Shown here: one piece after another, positions 33,180 through 48,256 of the stretch
Position numbering within the stretch: position 1 is the first letter of the stretch
Layout: every line of letters starts with the position of its first letter
Source: the human T2T-CHM13v2.0 reference genome, Homo sapiens
Length of the DNA: 64,000 nt
Direction: 5' to 3' (one strand)
Assembly: GCF_009914755.1 (NCBI RefSeq)
Contig: NC_060934.1
Made by a program: the position numbers and the translations under genes
Notes under the pieces: model-generated
What the model was told of the DNA's origin: nothing
Database searches by the model: none
Seen by the model: only the letters and a program-made list of their open reading frames with translations

Positions 33180-34342
33180 AGTGTGTTACAAAGATGGTTA
33201 CATATAGAAATATCTATAGATACACATATATAAACAAGTTAGTATAACATACATATATTCCCTTGCTCTGTCATCTGAGAGGGCATAGAAACAACTGACA
33301 TCCCAGTAGCAACAAGGACACCTTGTGCTCAGATCTTGGTTTCTAAAACCATTCTCCAATTAAAAGGAACCAGGGCTGCTTGGAGAAATGGCTGATTGTA
33401 GGACTAAGGCAGAAAATATACAGGCTGAGCCTGGAGCATCTGGTAGTGCCAAGCAGTAAGGAGGTGCTTCAACGGAAACACAAGTGATGGGGTGTGTCAA
33501 AGAGATAAGATAACTGAAAGAGCTCCCAACAGCCAAAGCTGGAGCAACTTGCAAGACAAAGTAAAGGAAAAATATATTATAACCAAAAGTATAAAATAAA
33601 TATTCTTGACTCTATGCTGACATGATTGAATAAATAAATGGGGGAGAATAAATGAAAGAGAATAGACAAATCTGTGCAAAAGAACTCCAAATAACTCATG
33701 AATACTCCACCCTCTAGAAGGTGGAGCCTAACTCCCTACTTGTTAAAGTATGAGCTATGCATATTGACTTCCTTCCAGGAAGTACAGTAGGGAAAGGGAG
33801 TAAAAATGAGTAACTTTACAGTAAGGAAAGCTGAGAAATATGACCTCAGCCAGGTGATCAAGGTCAACATCAACAGGGACACATTCTGTTGATAGTGTGT
33901 GCCCTGGATATAATGTGATGGGAATTGCATTTGACCTCCGTGGTCTTCCTCCCACAAAACCTTAAACCAGTCTAACCATGAGAAAAATAGTCACCAAATC
34001 CCAAGTTAAGGGGATTCTGCAAAATACATGACCAGTAATTCTCAAAAATGTCAAGGTCATTAAAAATAAGGCAAGTGTAAGAAACTGTTATAGCCAAGAG
34101 GAGCCTAAAGAGGCATGATGACTGAAGGTGATGTGGGATCCTGGAACAGAAAAAGGACATTAGGTAAAAACTGAGACATAACCAATAAAGTTAATTTAGT
34201 TCATAGTCATGCATCAATAATATTTTATTAATTGTGACAAATGTATCATGCTAACCTAAGACATTAATAAACGGGGACTTGGGTGCCAGGATTATGGGAA
34301 TTCTCTGTACTATTCTTGCTATTTTTCTATAAATCTAAAAAT
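33180..34342 (+). mobile_element. L1MC-like 3' region
   Basis: TCCCAGTAGCAACAAG...AAAGGAACCAGGGCT...GTAC TATTCTTGC..AAATCTAAAA; similar to 40385-41580. Confidence 0.75.
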
Positions 34343-34535
34343 ATTCCAGTTGCTCCACATCCACACCAGCCCTTGTCAAAAAGCTCAGTTTCTTCATTTG
34401 TAAATGGGACAGCAGTCCCTACCCTACCACTCACTCAGGATTGTTGTAAAGATAGAAATAGAAGTGAGGTGGTATAGCAGAAGTGCTTTGTGAACTATAA
34501 AGTGCTATACCCAAGTAAGAAATGCTGCCACTTAG
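34343..34535 (+). repeat. 193-bp direct repeat, copy 2
   Basis: See copy 1. Confidence 0.95.
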
Positions 34536-34597
34536 GTTGCAGCATTTGCCCCACTAAAAAATATTCTCTGAGGAATTTCAGTTTAATCTTGATGAAG

Positions 34598-34895
<298 letters not shown>

Positions 34896-37503
34896 TAACA
34901 TGTTATTGTAAAGGTTGTATGACAATGAATTATGTGAGTCCCAAGGGAAACATTTAGTACAGTTTTTTTAATTGCTGTTCATTGAGATACCCAGTGAAAA
35001 AGATGACCATATTTTGGGGGCATTTCCTTTCTAAGACTTAAATAAATATGGAAAATGAATTGGTAAAAAAATAAAAATCTAGCAGATAATCATTCAAAAT
35101 ATGAGGCACAAATCAGAGGCCACTCTTTCTGCCAAGTTAAAGACAAAATCCAGCTTGGTTTTAGGGGTTTTTGTGTGTGTATGGTTGTTATTTTGTTTTG
35201 CCTTTCAAATAAACAAATAAGAGCAAGGGTACAAATAGCATCAATTTACAGGTGTTACAGAACAACATTTGTTTAATGTGACTGCCACGTGTAGAATATG
35301 TCCACATGATAAATGTCTGGACTATCTAGCTCCATCAGTCAAGACGTTTTACACAAAAGAAAATTCCCGTATTCCTTTTATCAACTTTATTTATTCCTGG
35401 CTGCAATTACCCTTCCCTCTACCCCACCCCCACCAAGATAATAGTGATGCCTTTAAAGGATATGTAGCAGTTTGTTCTTTCATTGCTTTCTAGTGAGCTT
35501 CCTGTAACAGAAAGTTTCTGGCAAGATGTTTTTACATTCAGACCCAGATCATTGTCTATGACAAAACGGAGACAAAACTGAGCCAAGAACTTTACCACCA
35601 CCCCCCATAGAAGCTGACGCTACCCCGACTCCTAATTCACAAGGCTCAGGGCTGCCAACCACATTTGTCAGGGTTTCTTCTCCTTGAGCTCTGCCTAGGA
35701 TATTTCCCCCATTATTACTCTCTAGAGGCGCGTTATCACGTTGTTTGCTCAGTTGGCCATTTTTGTCTTGATGACAGTGTAAGGAAACCTTGGCCCCTTG
35801 GCTACAAGGTGTGTCCGTGCGGCAGAGGTAGACAATGACCAAATACAGAGTTTGTTCATTGATTTGATTCATCCTGACCTAAGTGTGGCTCATCACAGTT
35901 TCATTCTGAAAACTGACATCTCTGCAGCTACTTGAACCTCAGGGGATTAAGTCTGTCCTCTGCTAAAAGTACCAGTACCTGTTCAGTGCCTTCTGCAACT
36001 AGTGTGTCCTCTCGGGTTTTTCTTTGTGATTCTTTCCTGGTTGGTTATTTTAATTGGTTACATAAAATAGTTATTGTCTGGCTTCAATAGTCGCTCTAAC
36101 CTGACTTAGGTGATAATAGCTACAATTAGTTGAACACTTCTGCAAGCCAGCATGGTGCTATGTGCTTCACGCATATGTGAAGCCTTTTTAAATATCCTGC
36201 ATGCTCCTTAGGTCATTCTCAATTTACAGGATTTGGAAAACTTAGAACTTAGAAAACATGTCTGAGCTCTGGTAAGTAGGAGAACTAGAATTCAGGGAAG
36301 TCTCTGTGCCTCCAAAGCACCTATACACAGTGGTGCTGCAGATGGATCATGGCTCTGTCACACTCTGCTCCCAACTGTGACCCCCTCCTCCATGACACTT
36401 ATGAACCCCTATCAGATCACCCTGAATATTTATCCAAGTTAGCATTCCTGGACCCATCTTTACATTTGCTACATATTTCCATGCAAGGAAGCATAAAGGT
36501 CCAAACAGGAACTTTTACTTCATATTCATGTTTTAAGCAGAAATTATTCGTTTAAAATCTGGTTGATCAGACTTGCTTTGAGATTATAAACTACCATTTT
36601 GTAAACTTTGAAATGTAGAGTTCTTCAGCTTGCATTAAACTCAATGTTTTTCTCTTTTTGATGACCTCACACTTCTCAACAAAAATGTAATACTCAGGAA
36701 CACCTTCATTCCCAAAGATATTTCATCCATGTCCCCATAATTATATCTGAATTCCTGAATGGATTAGATAGGTTGCTGGAGTTGAGCCTACATAAGCAGA
36801 AATAAAAAGAGGTGAGAACATCTCTCTCTTCTTCCTGGACTCTGCTGCCAACCTTGTGCATTGATGATGATGAAGAGAAGAGCAAACAGGCCACAGACCT
36901 GGCTTCCCTTCCCAAGAGGAGGACATAAAGGAAAGCATGCTGAGTGAATATCCACAACCTATGAAGGCAGAAGAAATATTAGTCTCTAATTTGAAACAGC
37001 ATCAAGTAATGGAAAGGGCAGGAACCCTCAGGTTTTAGTCTGAAAGTTTCTTCTAACTAGTTGTTTGTGGCTGATAGCAAAGGCAACCTCTTGGGGCCTT
37101 ATTTTCCTTACCTATAAATTGTAAAATATCAGCATTGGACTCTTTGTTAACACATTTATTTATGTCTCTTCGTATTTGCAAAAAATAAAAAAAAAATTGG
37201 GGGAAGATTTTTTTAAATGGTAGAATAAAAAAACTAGAATAGTGCCAGAGAGAATGCCTAGGCAAAGGAAACAGATGCTTCCATTGATGAAAAAGTTGGG
37301 CAGAGGTTCCTGGCAGCCTAGGCAAAAAGGGTGATATGATAGATTATATCATTCTCATTATCTGAAAAAGAAAAGGAGTTGGAGGAGCAGATAAAAGAAG
37401 AGGAAGGAGAGAAAGAAGGCAAAAAAGCATCAGCACATCAAATCATCAGAAACTCCAAGCTACCTTCTAGAACTCTGGGAGGAATTAGAAAATGATGTGT
37501 CCT

Positions 37504-37790
37504 GGCAAGGCGTGGTGGCTCACGCCTGTAATCCTAGCACTTTGGGAGGCTGAGGCGGGTGAATCACGAGGTCAGGAGTTCAAGATCATCCTGGCCAAGA
37601 TGGTGAAACTGCGTCTTTACTAAAAATACAAAAAATTAGCCAGGCGTGGTGGCAGGCGCCTGTAATCCCAGCTACTCGGGAAACTGAGGCAGAGAATTGC
37701 TTGAACCCAGGTGGCGGAGGTTACAGTGAGCCAAGATCACGCCACTGCACTTCAGCCTGGGTGACAGAGTGAAACTCTGTCCCGAAAGAA
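37504..37790 (+). mobile_element. Alu (S-type) whose tail expanded into a purine microsatellite
   Basis: Dimer; TSD-like aaaat(g/a)atgtgt at ~37489 and 37921. Confidence 0.93.
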
Positions 37791-37866
37791 AGAAAGAAAG
37801 ATACACAGGAAGAAAGAAAGGAAGGAAGAAAAGAAGGAAGGAAGGAAGGAAAGAAGAAGGGAGGGA

Positions 37867-37922
37867 GGAAGGAAGGAAGGAAGGAAGGAAGGAAGGAAGG
37901 AAGGAAGGAAGGAAGGAAGGAA
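37867..37922 (+). repeat. (GGAA)14 microsatellite
   Basis: 56 nt of uninterrupted GGAA, preceded by degenerate copies from ~37785. Confidence 0.95.
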
Positions 37923-38999
37923 AATAATGTGTGCTGTAGAAAATGATGGTGTCTTCAAGAGCAGTTTTGAGGGCAGAAACATTGGCAAAAGCAATCTCCT
38001 TTTGACCATATTTTATATTGATTGTTAATAAAAAGACATAATTCAAAACATGACTCTCTATAAAGATATGATATGGGGAGCTAAAGTAATCCAGTTCAGG
38101 TATGTTGCTCACTGACAGTCTTACTTGGCGTAAGGATAAAGCTTAGAAAATCTAAGGAATGAATACCTGGTATGACTTTTAAGATGTTTTTCTTGAATAT
38201 CAATTGCCTTAGCCAAGCTTTTGACAAGTATGACATGCTACAGACAGTTGAAAATTGAGATTCCTTACACGTCCTTTAATATGCAAAAGTAATCTTGGTT
38301 TATGAAAGTTCTCCCTTCCACCACCTTTCCATTCCCCAGGGGACTCTCACCTGTCTACCTGCAGAGAGGGCCAAGAAATTTTATTATTATGGTAATAATA
38401 GTGGGGGAAGAAGAGAGAGGGAGGGGATTTCATTTCCTACTGTAGAGAATGTTATGATATTGGATCTTTGCTTTACAAGCACGTATTACTTTCAATATTA
38501 AAGATTAAACCAAAGACTGGTGGAGGTGGGGAGGAAGAGAGAATGGAAATAAAGTACAGTTGCATGTGAATAAAAGAAAGTTATGCACATGAAGCCATGG
38601 GGCAGCCCTGTCACTTAGACATTGCTCTACAAATATTCATTGAATGACTAAATAAATAGAACATGGAAAAGAGGACCAGCTGGCAAGAGTCGGAAGCCAG
38701 AAGTTGCCAACTGGCCACCTCAACTAGGAAACAAATGGACTGTGCCTTCTTTAAAACACTTTGCTTTGTTCATGGCAATATCCTAATGCCCTTTCCAGGA
38801 TGAGCAGCCCCAAAATGCATCTGCAGATCTCTAAACGGTTCATCTGTTCATCTGTCAACTAGAATTATGTGTCAGAGGCAGGCTGCCAAAAACCACTGTT
38901 TTGATCCAGGATAATTGGAAGTGAACTCTTCCTCCTGTCGTCAGTTGGCCAGCACTTTTGGTCGCTTCTTGAGGCCTCTCCTGGAATATCCTTCATTTG

Positions 39000-39575
39000 C
39001 TCTTTCAGTCATTCTTTTAGAAATATTGACTGAGTGCCCACTGTGTGCCATGCACTGTTCTAGGCTCTACGGATCCAGCAACGAAAAAACAAATAAAACT
39101 CCCTACCCACATGGAGCTTCCATTGCAGTTAGATGGAGACAGATTAGAGAAATAAGATAAATATACCCTATGATAAGCGCCAGGGAGAAAAATAAAGCAA
39201 GGCAGAGGGATGGGAAGTGTTGGGGAGGGGTAGTTCTTGCAACCTCAAGTCGAGTGATGAGGGAAAGCCTTACTGAGAAGCTGGTATTTGAGTAAAGAAG
39301 GGAGGGTTGAGGGAATGAGCTACCTGGACATGCAAAGCAAGAACATTCCAGGTAGAGGGAACCATAAGTGCCAGTGCCCTGTGTAAAGCGTGCCTGGCAT
39401 ATTCAAGCAACAGGAAGAGGGTCAGTGTGGCTGAGGTGGGGGTAAGCTGTGCAGGACATGAAAGGAAGTGGCAAGAGAGGAGGTCAGAGGACCCAATCTG
39501 TAGAGCTTTGTAGGTCATTGTAAGTGCTTTCAATTTTACCCAGAATGGTACAGGAAGTCATTGAAAGTTGTGATC
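39000..39575 (-). mobile_element. L2 3' region
   Basis: ATATTGACTGAGTGCCCACTGTGTGCCATGCACTGTTCTAGG... typical of an L2 3' end; approximate. Confidence 0.7.
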
Positions 39576-40384
39576 AAATTGCATGTGTCCTTTTCTGACT
39601 TGTTTCTGTCATTCAGCCCAGTTGATATGCGTAGCCATGGTTGATTCTTTTCCATTGCTCTATCTTATTCTACTGGGTACAGCTTGGCCCTGTGGGTGGT
39701 TTGGGCCATACATCAACTGTGGACAGTGGACAAATCTATGTGGCCAAACATTTGAAACTGCTGTTAGCAAATAGCAAAGTAGTTGGTAAAGCCTGTCTTC
39801 TCTTGTTTAGAGCTTGAGGGGTTGGAACAGGCCAGTGGTGTTGACATGCTGCTCTGAGGAGCCCTAGGGAATATTCCTTGAACCTCACTTTTTCCCCAGC
39901 CTCTCTTTATTCCAGACCAACTCTTAATCAGTGTTGTATTGAAAGTGTCCCCATAAAGCCTCCAGGCCCCCAGATTTGAAACCATTTAAATAAGAGACCT
40001 CTAAAGTTCTTTACAACTTTAAAGTACAGCTGTCACATACATGCACACACGTACATACAATATGTTTAAAATGTTTTGATGTTTATTTTTTCATTGGTAA
40101 ATGCTTTAATAAAAGGTCAAATTTACTTTCACTTTCATAATTATAAATGTATTAACCATTGTATGTAGCTCAAATGTAAGATACTAGTGAACCATTTACA
40201 AAGAACAAGCAGCTTTCCCATCTTCCATTCCCTCTTCCCTTTGTTTCTCAGCATGGAGGGCAGCCCTGGCTCGTGTGGGGAGGGTGTGGGAGCTTCACAG
40301 AAGCACATCAGTGACACGTCAGGAGCGTGCCCCCAGCATGCAAGGATGCAGAATGGAGAAGGGGACACACAGCTGGGAGACAGA

Positions 40385-40629
40385 AGGGAAAGCCGAAATG
40401 GTTGGGACATTGGTTACTGTGAGCAGATACTAAATTGATGAGTAAATAAGCAAATATATTTAGGATAACTATACAAAAGCCAGGTTTCTCACGGTTGGAA
40501 ATGATACTTACAAACACAAAAAGGAAAAAGGCTGGAAAGAACTTTGAGGTGTTAAATTTGAAATGTAGGTTTCATTATGAATGTAGGCTTTTATAATCTA
40601 TATACACAAATAAATGAGGGAATAGTTAT

Positions 40630-40668
<39 letters not shown>

Positions 40669-41580
40669 GACTTTTTTTTTCAAGCTCTGTCTGTCTAGGA
40701 AACCTCAAAGCAATGGCACTCCAGAGGCAATGAGCACATGAAGCACACAGATATTGGATTCTAAATACCATTCTTTACTAAAAAGAAACCAGGGCTTCTT
40801 GGAGAAAATGGCTGATGCCATGGCTGGGGAAGGGAAAATTAAAGATAAATCTGAAACATCTTGTTATGCCAGAAACAAAGGAAATGTTCCAGTGATGATG
40901 GAAACATATTAAAAGGACCAGGTGCCACTTTGGGATCATTTGAGCTTCAAAATAAATAAAGCGAGTAATGGATTCCAATATAGTGAAAAAAAATTATAAT
41001 CCATTTGACTACGCCAATTTAAATGAATATGTGAACAAATAAATGGAAGACAAGGGATTGTTATTTCTTACTGAAGAATGAAACTAATAAATATAAAAAT
41101 AATGAAGGAAATATAAATCACCATTTGGTAGCTGTCATAGAGGTGACTGATTCCGGTGGTATTTATCAATGAAGGCAGGTAATAGAGGGTATATGAAGAG
41201 TAGGATATTGGTGCATTCCTAGAATAGTGCCTCACAAATACTAATAAATTACCAGAGAGAAAATGGTAACTGTGTGGCGGAGACACCTGGCAGACACCAA
41301 CCTGACCAGGTGATCAAGATTGACATCACCAGTGATGCAAAAGTTCCACATCCTGTACCCTCTGCGGTGATGCACCAAGCAGAGCCCAGCTTCATTCTGA
41401 GTATTTCTTCCAGGACAGCATCACCTAAGTCTGGCAATGAAACCTCAGAGAGACCCAGGCTGAGGGCCATCCTACAGAATGTAAGGCCTGTAATCTTTGA
41501 AATTACATAAAGACATGAAAGACAGGGAACAGTAGAGGAACTATTCCAGATTGGAAGAGACAGAAGAGAACAAAATGCAA
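40385..41580 (+). mobile_element. L1MC-like fragment containing (TG)n at ~40632-40665
   Basis: AAAGAAACCAGGGCTTCTTGGAGAAAATGGCTGA and GACCAGGTGATCAAGATTGACATCACC motifs. Confidence 0.7.
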
Positions 41581-41915
41581 AGTGTGGTCCCCCGACCAGC
41601 ACATCAGTGTCATCTGGGAATTTGCTGAAACTGCAGAATCTTCTGCTCCTACCCCCACCCACTGAATCATAATCTGCATTTTAATAAGATCCCCATGAAC
41701 ATTTAAGGTTGTAAATAGCCAGGGCCCTAGATCAGTGATTCCCAAACACAAGGCTTTATTAGAATCACTTAGGAAAACTTTATGTAAGGACAGATTCCTA
41801 CTCCCCTCCCCAGATCTACTGAATTAGACACTAAACTGTGGAGTCTACAATAGGATATTCTGAAGAAACTCTCCCAGCTGGTTCTGAAACCAAGGTACAT
41901 CTAAGAATCACTGGG
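41581..41915. mobile_element. MER5-like hAT MITE fragments
   Basis: GTGTGGTCCCCGACCAGCACATCAG...AATCTGCATTTTAATAAGATCCCC. Confidence 0.65.
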
Positions 41916-44900
41916 CTGTAAATAGTGTTGACATATGCATAAGTGACCAAAGTGGGTCTCATTGCACGTGGGCCTCAAAACACAGGTTGGAGAACCAAAC
42001 TAATCGTCGCCACAATTCCTGCTCCAGGCACCAAGACATGACCCCAAACTTCAGTCCAGGGGTGGAATGTAAATAAATATTGCTGATTCACATTTCAGAA
42101 GTTTTCTAGAACATTTAAGTGGATTTGAAAAATACTCTTTAAAGGATTGTTTGTACAAACATCATACTCTTTCCATTCCTTGTTTGGCATAGAGTTTAAT
42201 CAGATTTAAAATGGTGAGAGTTCTGTGTAAGGTTGTATGTTTCTTTTCTTCCAGGGCATGTAAAACAGGACATCTGGGTTTTATCATTAAAATACTAAAA
42301 CATGTCCAGTATTTTTAGGAAATTTAGGCCTGAGTTTATGTGCTACAGGTGTTGAGTATATTTGACAGAAGGCTGGAGTCTAGTAACTTAGAGTTAAAAG
42401 GAAAAATATATGTGTGCCTGCCAATTTTGTTTCAGATAATACTTGATGAAAACATTTAAGTTTTGATTTTTCCAGCACTTTGAAAAATAGGAGAAAATAG
42501 AAATAAATCTTTTAGTCCATTTTAAAGGCAAATAGTTTTCAGATATTCTTTGTTTTATATTATATACTGAGCTTTCATCAACTCATAGCAAAACTTGCTT
42601 TGCAGATCTCAATTTGCCTATAGTACCTCATGGGCATAAAAATATCCTTTACAAATTTCTGACCTCTTCCAGAAAAGATATAAAAGCATAGAATTCCAAG
42701 CATGAGGCTGGTTATAATGTAGGTATGTTCTATGAATGAATATAAGAAATAATGCTATCCAACACAGAGACTGGGGAGGGACTAAGTGGTGGAACAGCAA
42801 GGGATATGTAATAAGACACTTCAAAAATTGTAATTTCCAAATTCAAAGAAACACCACAATTCAATGCAGGTGCCTCACAAAATCAAATGCCATATCTAGA
42901 AATCATTGACTATATGCCTATTAATATTAGTAAAATTGGCTAACCTTTCAACTGTGGGCTTAAGTATGTAAAGGCACTTTCATATTATGTCCTTTAGTCC
43001 CACAGTTCTGTAAGGGAGGTGTTGCTCGTAGGCCTGCTTTCAACTGAAGGGCATAGAAGAGAGATTAAATAATTGACTCAGTATCACACAATTGGTGATA
43101 CTAGAGCTGAGACTTAAAGCCAGCACCTCTGACTTCACACCTGGCCTACCCTACGCATCTAGTACAGAATATTTGTCCAGTCAACAGACCAAAAAAATGA
43201 TCTTTTTTTTGGCTTTGGTTTCGTTTGGTGTTTTTTTGTTTGTTGTTTGTTTGTTATTGGTATAAGATGTCACGTTTTAATATTTGAATGGTGTTTTTTT
43301 TTTTTTACTTTTCAGTTTCTATCATCTATGCCGTAAGCACTTCCCAAGTAAATATTTCTTGAAAGAGATTTCTTGAGCCAGATGTACAACATGTCTTTAC
43401 TCCTCTGAGGTTAAAACTCACCCTTTCTCTACAAAAAAAGCAAGGCTGGTATTTGGCCCCCATTCCTTCTGAGGATCTTTGTGACCCCTAAATTATCAGA
43501 CCCCTAGGCTCCCAAACAGGTCTGTCACTTTTACAGGAACTGTCAACACACCCCCGAAATTTTTTAACTGACCACCCTGAAGAAAACAAGCAGGCTTTAA
43601 CTTGAGCTTGCTCACCAAAATCACTCAAGTCCTTCCAGCTGCATGGCCCCAGTCTCCAAAATAAATCCCCTTCCTCTGCTGGTCTGAGGCTCACTTCAGC
43701 CTCCCCACGTCCTAGGCTTTGAACTCCTGTGACTTTTAACCTTGGCTTTGTGCCTGTTGAGCTGTTAATCAGGGTCTCCAGCCCATAATCAGCAGCTGGT
43801 GAGCAGCTGCTCCCTCCTTTCCTAAAACAGATCCTAGCCAGAATTTTCCCTGAAGGGCTCTTCCTGCCAGCTTCCTCTCTTCTAGGAAGCAGAGGAAGTT
43901 TTCTTCCTTTGGCTTCTCCCTCTCTGGCCATTCCTAATGAAGACAAATAGCAATGGCACCATTATTTCTCCTGTTTTCCTTGTTGGGGCCTCCCTTCTAG
44001 AATTCTTCCCCAAATCTCTATTCTCCTCTGCCCTTTCCCTTCTGTAGCCCAGTCTGCAGGGCACAGCTGGTGGTACCTTCTGGCTGAAGCTAGAGGGGAA
44101 AAGTTCAAGGCCAGCATATCTGAAATTCTCCAGACAAGTCTGCCGCCACTGCCACCTCTTGGACTCCGTTCAGCCTGCTGAGAGCTGTGTCGTGGGAGGC
44201 CCTAGGCTGGACACCCTTGTTTTCATGGCCTGGACTCTTCTCCCTTTTGTTCCTTGGCTTTTGCCTAACTAGGACCCACTGCCCCCATCTTTTAGGCCAT
44301 CTGAGGTTAGTGCTCTAGCAATTGCTGCTGCTCCCAGCTCTCCTCGTCCTCCTTATCCACCACTTCTTCACCCAGTAAGCCTGCCTATGAAGGCCTACAG
44401 AGGGAGGGCAGGTGGCAGTGTATCAGACTGTCTTCACAGAGATGACAAATGCAGCAAGTTATGACTGTAGGTGTCCTGAGGTGACATCTGGGCTCTAGCC
44501 TCAGCATTACCACTCACTAACTGGGTGACCTTTGCAAGTCACCTAACATCTCTGATTCTCTGTTTCTTCATCTATCAAATAAGAGAAATGGACTAAATAA
44601 TGTCTAAAGTCTTTTCCAATTCAAACATTCTACAGTCCATTGATTTATTCGTTGTTACATTATGTAGTAGAACCGCATAGCTAAAAGTTGGTCTGCTTTC
44701 TGGATTATTCCTTCATGACAGCCTTGGCTATGAAATAACAGTTGGCCTTCATCTCCTCACTTTGGAGTCTAAAGAAAAATCTTCCTTCATGTCTTGGTTT
44801 TAGAGTTCCTCCAATGACATATTGATTCTGGATTTATGACACCAATTATAAAATCCTATGCTGCTGTTTCTGTTTCTACCTCCTATAACCCACCCACCCC

Positions 44901-45186
44901 AAGCGGTTTCTAGAGAAGGAGGGGTGTATTTTTGGTTTGGCCAGGTGCAGGTAGAGGACCTACTGAACTACTGGTGGAGACAAGCCCCTGCTATGTCCTC
45001 TTCAAGCTAAAAGAGCTCAGAGAGACCCCTGTCAATATTGCAGCATTATTCTAAATGTTAATTAATGTTCCTTTGAAAAAAAAATTACATGGTCAAAAGA
45101 ACTTGAGAAATACTGAATATTAGCTGCTTCTTAAAGGTTTATCGTGCATATTAGCATATTAAAGCCTCCAAAAATCCTGCCCCTAA

Positions 45187-45768
<582 letters not shown>

Positions 45769-47213
45769 TTATCCTAGAATTTCCTGAAGTCATATGGCTC
45801 CAGACACTTTCTTCACAAAATATTTAATACTTAATATCTGGGTAGAACATGTGCCCTGAAACACAGTTTGGGAAACATTACCACAAAACATTGCTGATCT
45901 GTTTCTGTCTGGGGTCTTTGGAGCAGAAAGGGATAACAACACTTTCCAGAATATTTATTGAGCATCTACTTTGTGCAGAACATGTGGGAATAATTCAAAA
46001 TTGGCAGATCAATCTGCTCATCAAGATTTCAAAATCAAATGCTGCAGAGGGTTGCCGCATATGAATAAGCAGGCCAGTCAACAAACAAGACAAATTAAGT
46101 ACTAAGTGCAGCTTGGAAGTGCTGCAGCCAGGCTGCTGGGCCCTTGTTTGACTCCCCGAATTGAATTCCATACTCTCAGCTGTCAGTCTCAAGTTCCTTT
46201 GCTTTGCTCCACCAGTGCGGTTACCACTCCCCAGTTACAGGATCTCATTTCAGGACATTCACTGTTTATATCTTAGGTAGTTGGTGGGACACATCCAGCA
46301 TTTTTATCCTGTGCTGAACACCCTAGAATTTTTGCCTTTCATGTACAGCTCTGTTAGTTTTTACTCAGAATTAGGATCTGTTCTTTGCCTGGAAAAGATG
46401 ATGAACTTTTCAAAAAGCAAGAAAGATGATGAAACAGCCAATGTCATGTGATGTGGTTTAATCCCAGCCCATCAAATGTTGTAACCACAGTCCAGTGTAC
46501 CTGATGTTTCCTGGACAAAGGCCCTGGGTTCTCAGGGTGGCTGCCCTTTTTGAACCTGTCTATGACTCACAGCTATTTTTCCAGGACTTCCCCACCTACC
46601 AAGCCATGTCCCTGTGTCCCTACCTCCTCAGAGAGCCCTGACCCAGACCTCTTCCTCTTCTGCTTCCCACCCTTCACTGCCAACTTTCCTTGGATGTTCC
46701 ATTGATATGTTCTTTCTGAACATTTTTCTTGCCCCTTTTCCTCTGCCTCTCCTTTCTGGCTTCTTTGAAAGAAATGAAGGATCATTCTTTTGGAGAATCT
46801 AATCCTTGGAAAGTCCCTCTCTGCTAAACAGTGAAGGGAAGCTGGCCCTGTAATAAAAAGGCCAACATTGTTTCCACAAGTGCTACATCTTGAAGAAGGA
46901 GCTGCTTATTATTTTTTAATTATCAGTATTAGTTGACATTTATTGAGCACATACTACTCCTCTCCAAGCACCGGAGCCCTTCATATTTATCGTCCCTTTT
47001 ATTAGTTTATGAATATAAAGAGACTTTATATTTATCATCGCTTTTATTAGTCACCACACTCCTTATGATACCGGGCATTTTATTATCCCCATCTTATGAG
47101 CGAGGAAATAAGAGTCTCAGGGTAGGTAGGAAACTTGCTCAAGGTCACAGAAATAGTGAAAGGCAGAGCCAAGAAATGAACCTACATTCCTTTGGCTCCA
47201 CATCCTGTGTTTT

Positions 47214-47438
47214 TCTGTTTCCCAGCACAAGTGACATGAGTGAGAGGTGCTTGACAACATCTTGTTTTGAGTTATGCATAAAACATTGCAGCCAACTCCA
47301 TGTTGGTGCTGCCCTTCCCAGAAGACTGTCCAAGTGCCTTACTTGCCCAGGGCATCTGGGGACTGCAGTACGGGCAGTAAGGCACGATCATTTACCCTAG
47401 AGCTCACAGCCCCAGAGCTGCCTACTTGATCTTCACCC
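47214..47438 (+). repeat. 225-bp inverted repeat, left arm
   Basis: Reverse complement of 48257-48481 with 11 mismatches and no gaps. Confidence 0.95.
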
Positions 47439-48256
47439 TGAGGAGAGTGATTACATACACTCTCTTCCCCACTGGAACAGAGAAGCTGAGGAGATTAGAA
47501 TTCCAGTTTTCATCAGATTTATTCCCTTACGAGTTTCATTCACAGATGCTCACCCAACATATATGTACTGGACAGACTGCTGATTTAATTATCTTCTTCT
47601 TAATGGTCTGTTCTATCTACCAGTGTCCAGTGGGGCCAGGATGAATTGATCTTGGTGGGATGCCAATATCCTTTGTTTGTTCACACAGATTTGTTTTCAG
47701 TGGAATGTACGCCAACACAGGCACACCATTTTATTCCCTTCCGCTCTGTCCTTCCTGCTCCATCATTATTGTTGGCTGGTTGTCGGTCTCCTTCTACTTG
47801 CTCACCATTCACATTCTAATTGGTGAAAATTTGCATTTCACCGCAAGTGAAAAAGTGACTTGCGGGCTTACTTTTGCTTACCAGTGACAGGTGCACACCT
47901 GCCCGAGGACCAAGAGTGAATCACAGCATGGTCTCCAAACATCGTGACCCTGCTCAGTGGCCCTGGATGACAACCTTCACCTGTCCCCTTTTCCTAAGTA
48001 GTGTGGCCTGTGGCCAGAGGCTTCCCCATCCAGGGTACTTGCGTAAGCTATGTTCTTGTCCTTCACTCAGAGAACCTCAGAATGGGTCCAGCCCATTCCA
48101 GTGCAGATGAGAAACCCACCACACTCTCACCCTCTGCTGCCCAATCATCTCAGGGAAAATGGAGTCTTCCAGTCATGGACCAAACTGCCCATAGGTCTTC
48201 TATGTCATGGCTCCCCTGGTTGCCTTCCCCAGCAACACTAGCCTTCTGAGCCTCTT

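Noticed and set aside
37672-38112. 146-aa ORF with LPSF repeats
   Set aside because: Translation of the (TTCC)n microsatellite plus Alu.
43488-43946. 152-aa minus-strand ORF in non-repeat DNA
   Set aside because: No recognisable homology or splice context; the length is attainable by chance.
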